From: an uncultured Clostridia bacterium
GTDB lineage: Bacteria > Aerophobota > Aerophobia > Aerophobales > AE-B3A
Assembly: GCA_964543295.1 (NCBI GenBank)
Contig: CAZIXA010000011.1
Coordinates: forward strand, 999-64,998
Direction of reading: 5' to 3'
DNA length: 64,000 bases
Part shown: positions 38,654 to 48,198 of the stretch, piece after piece
How positions within the stretch are numbered: position 1 is the stretch's first letter
Layout: each line of letters opens with the position of its first letter
The notes under the pieces: model-generated
What the model was told of the DNA's origin: nothing
Seen by the model: the letters and a program-made list of their open reading frames with translations, nothing else
The model's database searches: none
Made by a program: the position numbers and the translations under genes

Positions 38654-40072
38654 CTACTTCTCGAGACCCAGGGCTATTCGCCACTTTTTCATTACTCTGT
38701 TGATGGTTTGCGCTGAATCATGAAGAGCATCTTTGACACTGGCAGTTCGGGAATAAGCGGCATGAAGAGCATCACACCAGATATCCCCAACGGTGGTCAC
38801 ATCAGGATTGGGAGTCCATCTGATATCTCCAAGCTTCTCATAAAGCATTTTTACGTTCTTTCTGTATTCGCCGGGATAGGCCCCCCAGTTCTTAATTTTT
38901 TCTATGACCTTTGGATCATTCCAGATAGACAGACGAGTGGGATTGAAATTATCGTATTTAACTGTAGATTCAATCATAATGTTTCGAGAGGTAGCCCATT
39001 CAAGAAAGAGCCAGGCTGCTTCCTTGTGATGGGATAGACTGCTGATCCCAAGAGACCAGGTCCACATATTGGAGACTATTCTGCCGTCCGGTCCGGCTGG
39101 AGGCAAAGCATAGCCTACTTTCCCGGCAATTTCCGATTTTTTAGGGTCCTCATAACTGGCTGCAAAAAAGTCACAATCGTTATACATATAGAAACGGCCA
39201 GCGGCAAAACTCTGCTTGGCATCGTACCAGGTATAGGTAGGCCATCCAGGAGGTCCAGCATCCTGTAAAGCTTTGACCCAGATCTTGGTGAACTCGATAG
39301 CCTTTGGTGTATCAATGGCAGCATGGAGATCAGAAGTTAGGTCTTTCTGACCCCAAGAATTGAATCCAGTGAAATATCCTGAATGAACCGTTGACCAGCT
39401 TCTGATACCTCTTTCTACTATCCCGTAAAAGTCTGGTCCTCCCGCCTCATCGGCTTTAGTAACCACGTCGTACCACTCAGGATAGTCTTTGGGAACAGTC
39501 AACCCCCACTTTTTTCTCAGATCCTCACGGTAAGCCTGCACATAATATTCTACCATCACTGGTATGGCGTTCCACCGGCCCTGACCCATTCCACCTCCAA
39601 TAGTTCCATCCCATTCGTTAGCCTGGATAACCGTCTTTACAAAATCATCCCGGTTGTACCACTCCTTGTCGGTCAGCTTGGGATTGTTGAAATAAGGCCA
39701 GAGATCCTCAATCCATCCAGCATATTGGTAGCGCCATTCAAACATAGGAGAGGTCATGTAGGCATCAAATGTTCCTGCGCCGCTGGATAAATCGATGAGT
39801 AACTTCTCAAAAAACTCCTGCTCCGGCAGAATTACATAGGCCACATTTATTCCCGTTAACTTTTCGAAATCAGGGATAAGAGGTCGAAGAGATTCCGTAA
39901 AGGGATGCTTATTCAGTCCAATAGTTAAAGTTTCACCCTTATGTGAGGTCCAGTCAATATTAGCCTTTTCCGGGGGTAATTTCCACTTTTCTTGCCCAAG
40001 AGCATAAGAACCTCCCAAAAGTCCTACAATGATTAAACCACCCAACATCACTTTCATCCACTTTTTAAACAT
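38654..40072 (-). CDS. ABC transporter extracellular solute-binding protein (sugar)
   Basis: 472 aa with a signal peptide (MFKKWMKVMLGGLIIVGLLGG). First gene of an SBP-permease-permease-ATPase-ATPase operon. AAGGAGG RBS. Confidence 0.85.
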   Translation of the reverse strand: MFKKWMKVMLGGLIIVGLLGGSYALGQEKWKLPPEKANIDWTSHKGETLTIGLNKHPFTESLRPLIPDFEKLTGINVAYVILPEQEFFEKLLIDLSSGAGTFDAYMTSPMFEWRYQYAGWIEDLWPYFNNPKLTDKEWYNRDDFVKTVIQANEWDGTIGGGMGQGRWNAIPVMVEYYVQAYREDLRKKWGLTVPKDYPEWYDVVTKADEAGGPDFYGIVERGIRSWSTVHSGYFTGFNSWGQKDLTSDLHAAIDTPKAIEFTKIWVKALQDAGPPGWPTYTWYDAKQSFAAGRFYMYNDCDFFAASYEDPKKSEIAGKVGYALPPAGPDGRIVSNMWTWSLGISSLSHHKEAAWLFLEWATSRNIMIESTVKYDNFNPTRLSIWNDPKVIEKIKNWGAYPGEYRKNVKMLYEKLGDIRWTPNPDVTTVGDIWCDALHAAYSRTASVKDALHDSAQTINRVMKKWRIALGLEK

Positions 40073-40250
40073 CTCATCCTCCTTTTTAATTACTCTTCTG
40101 GACTAACTACTTTACTTACCCACTTCTTGCTCATCCTTTCTTAAGACCTTCGGCATCACCTCCCTCACATTCTCTCATCTATGTGCCAGTATAAGCAGAT
40201 TTAGGAATTTTTACATTACGTCTCACAATAATATTTAGATTTTGCCAAAA

Positions 40251-41027
40251 TTACACCACGATAACTTCAATACCTTTATCCTTTATTTGGCTAATGTAAT
40301 CCTGATCAACGGCGGAATCTGTTATGATCTTATCTATTTCATTAAGATTCGCTATGTGAGCAAAGGCTGCCTTGCCAAATTTGCTATGATCAGCAACTAC
40401 AATAGTTTCTCTGGATTTTTGGATAACCAGGCGACAAAGCTGAGCCTCTAAAGGATTAGGAATAGTAAGTCCGTATTCAATAGATAAGCCATTCACACCC
40501 AGAAAGAACTTATCAATGTAAATTCCTTTTAGACTTTCCTCTATTTGAGGCATTATCATGGCATATGATCTTTTCCTTACCTCTCCACCGATCACGAACA
40601 GCCTTATACTGTCCAGTTTACAAAGTTCATACGCGTTGTTGAGAGAATTGGTGACAACGGTTAAATTTATGACTGACTTGGATTTGACCAGATTCTTAAC
40701 GATCTGCATAGCGGTTGTCCCTGTAGTTAGAAAAATTGTATCTCCCTGGTTAACTATGGATACAGCAGCTGCTCCGATCCTCCTTTTTTCTTCAATGTTA
40801 ATAACATCTTTCTCTTGAAATGTAGGCTCAAATGCTGCCAGCTCCAGGGATAAAGCACCTCCGTACGTCCTTTTTATGAGCCCTTCTTGCTCTAATCTAC
40901 CCAGGTCTCTCCTTATCGTCATCTCGGAAACACTAAAGATTTTACTGAGCTCGGATATTGTTGACGCACCTCTATTTCTAATTTCTTCGAGTATCTTCCG
41001 TTGACGCTCACTTGCTAGTATCTTCAC
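40251..41027 (-). CDS. DeoR/GlpR-family transcriptional regulator
   Basis: 258 aa. N-terminal HTH (ERQRKILEEIRNRGASTISELSKIFSVSEMTIRRDLGRLEQEGLIKR) plus a DeoR C-terminal sensor domain. Confidence 0.9.
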   Translation of the reverse strand: MKILASERQRKILEEIRNRGASTISELSKIFSVSEMTIRRDLGRLEQEGLIKRTYGGALSLELAAFEPTFQEKDVINIEEKRRIGAAAVSIVNQGDTIFLTTGTTAMQIVKNLVKSKSVINLTVVTNSLNNAYELCKLDSIRLFVIGGEVRKRSYAMIMPQIEESLKGIYIDKFFLGVNGLSIEYGLTIPNPLEAQLCRLVIQKSRETIVVADHSKFGKAAFAHIANLNEIDKIITDSAVDQDYISQIKDKGIEVIVV

Positions 41028-41332
41028 TTACTTTTAGTGATTATGTTTAACTGAGTTATTGTTTTTTGGAAATCATACTAACATTGAACATATTATAACA
41101 AAAATTATCAATTTGTCAACCCCTTTTCTCTCTGGAGTTTCCCGAAAATTTCAGATGTTTTCCCGTAGACGTTGAATTAAAGAGGGATTGAGAAGATGGC
41201 AAGGTGGAAAAGGACTTTTTACGTGACAAAGTCTAAGACTTTAGATAGAATTTGAAAAAAGTCCTCCAATCCAATAGCTTGACCAACATTGGATTCATAC
41301 ATTTCCCATCAAACTCCTGGGAGCTGCCTCAC

Positions 41333-41449
41333 ATCACTCCTTGCTCTTGAAAAACTTCAATCCTTCCTCAGCAATGGCGTCGGCACTTGATGAAGGTCCT
41401 TTTCCGTAAACTCTGCTGTCCACATTAAGGAATGTGCTGCGTATTTCAT
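41333..41449 (-). pseudogene. N-terminal fragment of a TIM-barrel sugar-phosphate isomerase/epimerase
   Basis: An AAGGGGGAA RBS, then MKYAAHSLMWTAEFTEKDLHQ. A frameshift follows, then ADAIAEEGLKFFKSKE and a stop. Only about 40 codons survive. Confidence 0.4.
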
Positions 41450-41567
41450 AGTTTCCCCCTTTCTAAAGAATTTAATTTTCTTTGACAGCCTCAGAATAAA
41501 CATTTATTCATGGTATGGTTATTATTCTTATAATGTCCAGGAGAAAGAATTCTGTTAACTCTTCTCA

Positions 41568-42257
41568 TTAATTAGGCGCTTCCTTTTCCCACTTCCACTT
41601 ATAGACCGGCATAAATTGACTGCAAAACTCAGAGACTCCCCTTTCGATGGCAATCTGACGGTATTCAAATACATCACTCGTTACAGGTTCGGGTAGGAAA
41701 ATCTGGGGTGGGGCAGTTTCTTCTTTCCAAGGAATATATAAGGAAGTCCAATTTTGCACTTTACCCACACATTGCTTTGACAGTACAATTTTGCCGGTTT
41801 TGGCATCAACTAATTTGAGAAAAAGATTAACCGTCACCGTGGTAGTTTGGCGAGTAGCCCAGGTATACCATACCTGGTTGGAGAGCTCAGAGGAAGATCT
41901 CTCGGGTGGACCCAGGTAAGTATCTACATGATAGTAGGTAGCTTCACCGAGAATAACTAAATCTCCTTCCTCATTTTTAATGGGCAGGTTTTCAATTCCC
42001 AGATTGGGTCTTTCTATCAGAGTTAAGGCAATTGCTTTAAGCTTCTGGATTAGAATTTGTCTTGCCTCTAAACTAATGCCTAATTCACTTCCTCCAAATT
42101 TTCCTATGATGACGCGTTTCTGGCCAAGATCCATTAAAGGGGGTCTCACTAGAACTCGACGTCTAACATAGGGAACACAGCCGGTTAAACTCGAGATTAA
42201 CAAAATCACCGGCACAAACTTTAGCCAGATGAGTCTTCCTGGCCATAAATGGGTCAC
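41568..42257 (-). CDS. hypothetical lipoprotein
   Basis: 229 aa with a lipobox LLISSLTGC after a hydrophobic N-terminus. No recognisable catalytic motif. Confidence 0.65.
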   Translation of the reverse strand: MTHLWPGRLIWLKFVPVILLISSLTGCVPYVRRRVLVRPPLMDLGQKRVIIGKFGGSELGISLEARQILIQKLKAIALTLIERPNLGIENLPIKNEEGDLVILGEATYYHVDTYLGPPERSSSELSNQVWYTWATRQTTTVTVNLFLKLVDAKTGKIVLSKQCVGKVQNWTSLYIPWKEETAPPQIFLPEPVTSDVFEYRQIAIERGVSEFCSQFMPVYKWKWEKEAPN

Positions 42258-42398
42258 TTCATCTCACCCTACTTTGGGAGTTTCACTTATCACTCTCTCG
42301 CACACCAAAGAATTTGTACATAGTTCAATTATAAGTCTGAGGCCTTCACTGTCAAGGATACAGATTTTAAGCTCACCGCCCGGCTGGGCCCGCGGCGC

Positions 42399-42426
42399 TT
42401 GACTTGCGGACAAAATCTACTATACT
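42399..42426 (+). promoter_or_regulatory. sigma70-like promoter for the ParB-like gene
   Basis: TTGACT (42399-42404), a 16-nt spacer, then TATACT (42421-42426). It lies about 38 nt upstream of the GAGGTG RBS and the ATG at 42465. Confidence 0.5.
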
Positions 42427-42464
42427 TCATAGGCTTCTCTCCAAACTCTTAGAGGTGAAACTCA

Positions 42465-43337
42465 ATGCGTCCAATAGCTAAAATCACAAAAGGGCTTGCA
42501 GAAAAGCCTTTGGGCCTCAAATGTTTTGATGAAGAACGCCGTAAGCAGAATCTGCTAAGCACGATGGATCTAGGCATTCGCCCGGTGAAGATAGATAGGA
42601 TAGTGGGAAGCGTAGGTAGATGCCTCGACTTTGATCCTAAATTTAAATTTAGAGCTAAGAATAATACCCAGGATAGATATAATTCCATAAAAAAGGCACT
42701 AGAAAGTAGCGTAATTCTTCCTCCGGTGGAACTTTATAAGATTAAGGATGAGTACTACGTGGTGGATGGTCATCACCGCATTTCTGCTGGAAAGGAAATG
42801 GGACAAGAATATGTCGATGCTCAGATAATTGAATTTCTGCCAGCGAAAGATTCTCCTGAAAATGCTTTATATTTAAGGAAATTCAACTTTGAACAGAAGA
42901 TGGATACAGGCGAGGTTTTTCTCTCGCGACCCAGTGGATATGATAGACTTATCTGGCAGATAGACCTGCATCAACAATATCTAGCCAATAAAATGAAAAG
43001 AGAGGTATCCATTAAAGATGCCGCCCATGACTGGTTTTATTCTATATATCAGCCTGTTATCCAAAAGATAGAGGAAGAGAAACTAACCCTTCAACTCAAA
43101 CGCGCCACTCCTGGTGACATATATCTTTACCTGACAGAGGATCTACAACTTCGCAATAAAAGAAACGGCCATTACCTGGATCTCACTGAGGCAGTAAGGG
43201 AAGTTGACTTCCTTAGCGAAGAAGTCCACATAATTAAACCACGAGTAACCTTAAAAGAAAAAGTGATGAAGATTCTGCTTCCCTGCCATCCTTTGAGAAA
43301 ATGTCCCTATCATTTACGTTTAAGACAGAAAAATTGA
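42465..43337 (+). CDS. ParB/Srx-like N-terminal nuclease-domain protein
   Basis: 290 aa with IVGSVGRCLDFDPKF... and ELYKIKDEYYVVDGHHRISAGKEMG (ParB/sulfiredoxin-fold DGHHR motif). No ParB HTH or dimerisation region seen. Confidence 0.75.
   Translation: MRPIAKITKGLAEKPLGLKCFDEERRKQNLLSTMDLGIRPVKIDRIVGSVGRCLDFDPKFKFRAKNNTQDRYNSIKKALESSVILPPVELYKIKDEYYVVDGHHRISAGKEMGQEYVDAQIIEFLPAKDSPENALYLRKFNFEQKMDTGEVFLSRPSGYDRLIWQIDLHQQYLANKMKREVSIKDAAHDWFYSIYQPVIQKIEEEKLTLQLKRATPGDIYLYLTEDLQLRNKRNGHYLDLTEAVREVDFLSEEVHIIKPRVTLKEKVMKILLPCHPLRKCPYHLRLRQKN
43283..43336 (+). repeat. 54-bp direct repeat, copy 1 (forms the last 18 codons of the ParB-like ORF)
   Basis: CTGCCATCCTTTGAGAAAATGTCCCTATCATTTACGTTTAAGACAGAAAAATTG matches 53128-53181 at 50 of 54 positions by eye. 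Confidence 0.85.
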
Positions 43338-43379
43338 CAACTTTTAAAAAACGACGAAAACTACTTAGAACTTGGCTAA

Positions 43380-43566
43380 CTACCGTGCGAAGTAGCTGAT
43401 AAAGCGGTGAGGTAGTATCTCCCGCTCGATATCCCTTACCACAAGGCTGTACTCGGGTTGAAGACAGACAAATTTAGACCATCGACATCTCTCACTTATT
43501 AAAAGTGCCTTCATAAGCTGCCAGGCGGTGAAATTGGAGACACTTAGATTATGACAATTCCTAAAT
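43380..43566 (-). pseudogene. aldo/keto reductase internal fragment
   Basis: The reverse strand reads NLSVSNFTAWQLMKALLISERCRWSKFVCLQPEYSLVVRDIEREILP, matching the AKR pattern (iGvSNf...Q.eYsL..R..E.e.lP), then diverges to a stop. No N- or C-terminal parts. Confidence 0.55.
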
Positions 43567-44778
43567 TTAATATTTCCCGTAACTCTTTACGGCATTGTAC
43601 ATGGCCATAATATTCTCGGGGGGAATGCCTACCTGGATATTATGTACCTGGGTGAATACAAATCCTCCTTCTGGTGCAAGGTCTTCTGCTCGTCGCTTTA
43701 CCTCGTCGGTGACCTTCTCTTGCGTTCCAAAGGGCAGAACTTTCTGAGTATCACATCCTCCACCCCAGAAAGTTATATATTTTCCAAACTCCCGCTTTAG
43801 CCTTCCAGTATCCATATTCTTTGCCGACACCTGTACAGGATTTAGAATGTCCACGCCCATCTCAATGAAATCAGGTATGAACTCATATACTGAGCCACAG
43901 GTATGAAGAAAAAGATAGGCACTGGAGCATTTTTTTGCATACTGATATAGCTTCTTATGCCTAGGTTTTACTATCTTTCTATATAACTCTGGAGAGAGCT
44001 GGGGACCGTCTTGCAGTCCCAAGTCATCTCCTACCTGGATAATCTGTATATAGCCTTCTACCGCGGGCAAAATTTTTTCCAGTCGTTTTATATTTTCCTC
44101 AACTAATATATCCAGTAGATACCCGGCAAATTTAGGATTAGAGGCCAGATCCATCATAAAAACATCCCAGCCTCTCAGATCCTGTGCCCACTCATAAATT
44201 CCTCCAGCACCGTTTAACATCAAAGCGTAATCTGTTATCTCATATAAAGTCTTAACCCTCTTATGTAGATTACCTAAAGCCTTCTCATCAACAGGTGCCA
44301 TTGACCACATAGTCGAACGAAGGTCTTGCTTTTTCAACTCTTGGATTGTATTGATTTTTTTCAGGGGATGGTAAATGCTATCGAAATAATAGCCATTTTT
44401 AGGCATCTTTGCAACTATATGTCCCTCCCTGCCTTTTATGATCTGAGAACCATCAGACAAAACTCTGGGATTAAACCATTCCGGCACCTCACATGAAGAT
44501 CCATCCGGAAGTTTACTCTTTTTCCATTTTTTTGGCTCAGATATAAAAACAGGCAGAACATCGGCACCTATTAACTCCAGAATTTCAATCTCTGGTTTTG
44601 CAAGCTGCTGCCACAGATCATACATGCGCGTCCTGCCACTACTTATCCCTAGATACGCTTTTAATCTGTTATAGGCTATACCCATAATACCTGTGGACAG
44701 CATTGCCCCAAGATCAATGGGAATTCTATCTGGTTCCCTGTGTTCTAAGGATACAATAACTCTTTCCCTGTGGGTCAT
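43567..44778 (-). CDS. uroporphyrinogen decarboxylase (URO-D)/MtaA-like family protein
   Basis: 403 aa with N-terminal MTHRERVIVSLEHREPDRIPIDLG and a C-terminal IPPENIMAMYNAVKSYGKY pattern, typical of URO-D-like TIM barrels of unknown substrate. Confidence 0.75.
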   Translation of the reverse strand: MTHRERVIVSLEHREPDRIPIDLGAMLSTGIMGIAYNRLKAYLGISSGRTRMYDLWQQLAKPEIEILELIGADVLPVFISEPKKWKKSKLPDGSSCEVPEWFNPRVLSDGSQIIKGREGHIVAKMPKNGYYFDSIYHPLKKINTIQELKKQDLRSTMWSMAPVDEKALGNLHKRVKTLYEITDYALMLNGAGGIYEWAQDLRGWDVFMMDLASNPKFAGYLLDILVEENIKRLEKILPAVEGYIQIIQVGDDLGLQDGPQLSPELYRKIVKPRHKKLYQYAKKCSSAYLFLHTCGSVYEFIPDFIEMGVDILNPVQVSAKNMDTGRLKREFGKYITFWGGGCDTQKVLPFGTQEKVTDEVKRRAEDLAPEGGFVFTQVHNIQVGIPPENIMAMYNAVKSYGKY

Positions 44779-44882
44779 AGATTATTCTCCTGAAAAAATC
44801 CTCACAAGAAAAAGCACTCAAGCTGGGTCTGGGCCAATTTAATCTCACTTGAGGGCTGTTATCATTTTAAACACCACTTACC

Positions 44883-47800
44883 TTACCACTTACCTTTTAA
44901 TCTAAACGTTTTTATCTCATAAGGAGTTATAGAGAAAGAAAGTCTATTATTAACATTCAAGGAAGGCTCAGTAGCTCTTTCAAGCAGATCTACCTCTGTA
45001 ACTTCTTTTACAGGAAAGTCAAGCTCAATATTTACCTCAGCTTTTTCTCCTTTACTCTCGTACGCTCTGAGGATAAGACCATCGGAGTCTTCCGCTTTTT
45101 TTAGACAACTCATTATTACACTGGGGGGATTTACCTTAATAAACGATTTTGTAGAAGGCAGACCTCCCTCCTTTGGAGATACAGGCATTGCTATAAGCGG
45201 ATGGTTTAGTTCATAGCCGCGTTTTACTGTATCTGCACTCTTCCAGTTTCCCCTATGAGGATAAAGAGCATACTTAAAACTATGTTCTCCTACATCAGCC
45301 CTGGGATCAGGCTCATAGCTTGTCCTTACTAGTGTCATACGCATAGTATTACCATTTATATCAAATCCATATTTTGTATCGCTTAAAAGACTCACCCCAT
45401 AAAAGTTGTCTGATACATCTACCCATTGAAGGGCAGGCATCTCCCTTCCGTCAGCTATCCTCTCAATATGTCCAAATGGTATCTCAAATGTGGCTTCAGT
45501 CTTGTTCAATATAGGAGTAAAGCTTACCTTAAGCATAGGAGCTTCTGTATTGCAGTCAGCTACCTCCTGCCAATCTATATTAGTTATAAAGTCAATCCTG
45601 GGCAGGCCTTTATAAAGACAGATATCCTGGGTAATAGTAGAATTGTTGAATTTATGCTTCACCCTAATCTCCCCTACTACAGGACCAGAGCTTATAATTT
45701 TTATTTCTGGATTTGTTATAAGGTTCTTTGTGGAACTGATCGGTCCTATCCTCCAGGCAGACATACTATGGGGAAGTTCGTAGAGTACTTGAAGCAAATT
45801 GTTCATAATAGGAGTCGTAGATTCGATTTTCTCAGGAAGAGTAGCCCCATCTCTTTGTCTTTTCATTACAGTTTTTCTGTTCCTCTTATCATAGAGAGAA
45901 GCTATGGTTCCAGACTCACCATCAATTTCTAAGGTAAAAAACTGATTCTCTAAGGTAAAAGTATTCTTTAGTATGTAATCTTCTTCTCTTTTGCCTTCAG
46001 TAATATAGAAAACTTTATACCCCAATGAGGGCACTTTTTGAGCTATAAACAAAAGCTTACCCTTAAGAATCTGGACAGGATAAATGTTCTCCTTCTCATC
46101 TTTTACTATGGGGGATGTAAATGTACTCTCTGGTAGTGCTATACTTACAATATCATCTCTTTCCCAGGCAAGAGGGTTAAATGCAAAAATGGGCAGACCT
46201 TTCTTGGGTTTTATCTGAACATTCTTTACCACCTCAGAAAGGCTATTAAAGATAATTTTTTCTGTCTTTTTTTCTACCTCTTTTGCCAATTTATTTGAGT
46301 ATTCATAAGATACACTAATAGCACTTCCAGGCAGTATATCGTGAAATTGATTAAATAAAGTTTTCTCCCAGGCATTAGTGAGATCTGGGTAGGAACTGCC
46401 AAGAAGTTTGGCTATTGAACCAATAACTTCCGCATCCAAAAGGTGTCTTTCACATTTCCGATTATGCTCTTTTATATCTCCATGGGTGGTATAGCAGCCA
46501 TCCCAAATAAAGTTAAGCTCATCTTTTACTACGGGAAGATTAAGCTTTTCCTCAGAGATAGTCTTGAAAAATTCTCTGCTAGTACTGAACTTCAAATGTG
46601 GGAAAACAGCCTTCTCACTAAGTTTATGGGCCATCTTTATATCTTCTCTGGTAGGTCCTCCTCCATGGTCCCCTACACCATAGACAAACATAGCTTTCTC
46701 TGTTCCAAATCTTCTCTTAAAGTCTTTGCTTAGCTCGGCGAGTTCTTTAGGATTTATAAATGCATTGTATGCACTATTGAAGGCAAGCACTCTTGAGCCA
46801 TCAGGACCCTCCCACCAGAACATAGTAGCACCTTTACCACATCTCATAAAGTAATAATAGTCTATCCCACTCTTTTTAAGTATCTGGGGCGTGCTCCAAG
46901 GATGACCAAATGTATCGGGCTCCCAGCAAACCTTAGGCTCCACTCCAAATTTTTCTTTAACATATCTTTTGCCGTAGAGAATTTGTCGAACTATGGCTTC
47001 CCCATTTGCCATATTTAAATCACCCTCTACCCAGGTAGAGGAAGTAACATCCCACCTTCCCTCATTTACTCTTTGCTTTATCTTTTTAAAAAGTTGAGGA
47101 AATCTCTCTTCCACTGTTTTATATGTAACAACCTGACTTTGAGAGAAACAGAAATCAGGATATTCCTTCATCAATCGAGTTACTGTATCGAAATCACGCC
47201 GGACAACCTCAACTGTTTCTTCCCAAGGCCAGAGCCAGTTTATGTCTATATGGGCATGTCCGATAAGATGAATTACATACTGCTTTGCCAGAGATCTTAG
47301 AGGAATAAGGCTATTCCTTACCTGGTTTACCGTGGTTAGCAGTTTGGATGGTCGCGCAGTGAAAATATTTTTTGGTTCTATATCGGCGATAGCTTTTTCA
47401 GCAGTCTCTTTTCCGCCGGGTAGTTCTTTAGCAAACTTAAGTTCCTCCATAAAAGAAGCCAGCTCAAATACTACATCCTCTACTTTACTATAGCTTAACT
47501 CTACAAGAGGAATAACTGATAGACCTTCTCCAGCAAGAGCGTGAATAGCGATAACATGTTGTTCACCAGGCAAAGCACTTTGGGATACAAGAATCCTCGG
47601 TGATCTAAAATCTGCCCAGTGTGGGGCGAAAAATACTTTCCTTTCATCTATAAATAATTCTGTAGCTATAAGCATAACCGAAGTTATAACCGAGGAGAAA
47701 ATCTCCATTTTAGAGCCGGCTACAGAAACTCCATTGATGCTTTCTGGAATGACTATTCTCTTCCTGAACCAGGCATCTTTCTTTGCATCCCAGCTATAGG

Positions 47801-47960
47801 GTAAACTTACCACTTCCCAGGAAGTGTCATTATACTCTTGTTTTTCAACATCCACCAACTTTTCGGCCTTAAATTTCCACTTTTTCTGTTTCCGATAATC
47901 CACGAATGACTGCAATCTTTTTTCCAAAGCATTAATAATTTGATTCAATTTTTGAGACAT
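44883..47960 (-). CDS. GH38 alpha-mannosidase
   Basis: 1025 aa with GHAHIDINWLWPWEETV (metal/catalytic motif) and EPDTFGHPWSTPQIL, followed by a long beta-rich C-terminal region. Confidence 0.9.
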   Translation of the reverse strand: MSQKLNQIINALEKRLQSFVDYRKQKKWKFKAEKLVDVEKQEYNDTSWEVVSLPYSWDAKKDAWFRKRIVIPESINGVSVAGSKMEIFSSVITSVMLIATELFIDERKVFFAPHWADFRSPRILVSQSALPGEQHVIAIHALAGEGLSVIPLVELSYSKVEDVVFELASFMEELKFAKELPGGKETAEKAIADIEPKNIFTARPSKLLTTVNQVRNSLIPLRSLAKQYVIHLIGHAHIDINWLWPWEETVEVVRRDFDTVTRLMKEYPDFCFSQSQVVTYKTVEERFPQLFKKIKQRVNEGRWDVTSSTWVEGDLNMANGEAIVRQILYGKRYVKEKFGVEPKVCWEPDTFGHPWSTPQILKKSGIDYYYFMRCGKGATMFWWEGPDGSRVLAFNSAYNAFINPKELAELSKDFKRRFGTEKAMFVYGVGDHGGGPTREDIKMAHKLSEKAVFPHLKFSTSREFFKTISEEKLNLPVVKDELNFIWDGCYTTHGDIKEHNRKCERHLLDAEVIGSIAKLLGSSYPDLTNAWEKTLFNQFHDILPGSAISVSYEYSNKLAKEVEKKTEKIIFNSLSEVVKNVQIKPKKGLPIFAFNPLAWERDDIVSIALPESTFTSPIVKDEKENIYPVQILKGKLLFIAQKVPSLGYKVFYITEGKREEDYILKNTFTLENQFFTLEIDGESGTIASLYDKRNRKTVMKRQRDGATLPEKIESTTPIMNNLLQVLYELPHSMSAWRIGPISSTKNLITNPEIKIISSGPVVGEIRVKHKFNNSTITQDICLYKGLPRIDFITNIDWQEVADCNTEAPMLKVSFTPILNKTEATFEIPFGHIERIADGREMPALQWVDVSDNFYGVSLLSDTKYGFDINGNTMRMTLVRTSYEPDPRADVGEHSFKYALYPHRGNWKSADTVKRGYELNHPLIAMPVSPKEGGLPSTKSFIKVNPPSVIMSCLKKAEDSDGLILRAYESKGEKAEVNIELDFPVKEVTEVDLLERATEPSLNVNNRLSFSITPYEIKTFRLKGKW

Positions 47961-48109
47961 AGATACCTCTCTTTCAACTGTCTCTATCTTCTCCTTCTCT
48001 CATCTGGCTAAAGTTAATTCTGGAAATCCCTCCCTTTCCTCTAATGCTTGAACCTCTGTTGTCTGCTTTAACTATTCCTCTAGCTTTTTATCCAAAAATA
48101 TTCTCTTTT

Positions 48110-48196
48110 TCACGCCTTTTTCCATTTCTGAAAGACAGCTTCTACATTCTCGGATCTAGCAGTAGCACCAAATTCACATTGGGCAATTATCGTATC
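48110..48196 (-). pseudogene. possible C-terminal remnant of a third URO-D-like gene
   Basis: The reverse strand reads KDTIIAQCEFGATARSENVEAVFQKWKKA then a stop. It resembles the ...PPENIMAMYNAVKSYGKY tail of the 43.6-kb paralog. The match is very short. Confidence 0.3.
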
Positions 48197-48198
48197 TT

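Noticed and set aside
42465-43337. The ParB-like protein as a chromosome- or plasmid-partition ParB marking an origin or a plasmid.
   Set aside because: It has no HTH or dimerisation region, no adjacent parA and no parS-like repeats. Only the N-terminal ParB/Srx fold motif is present.
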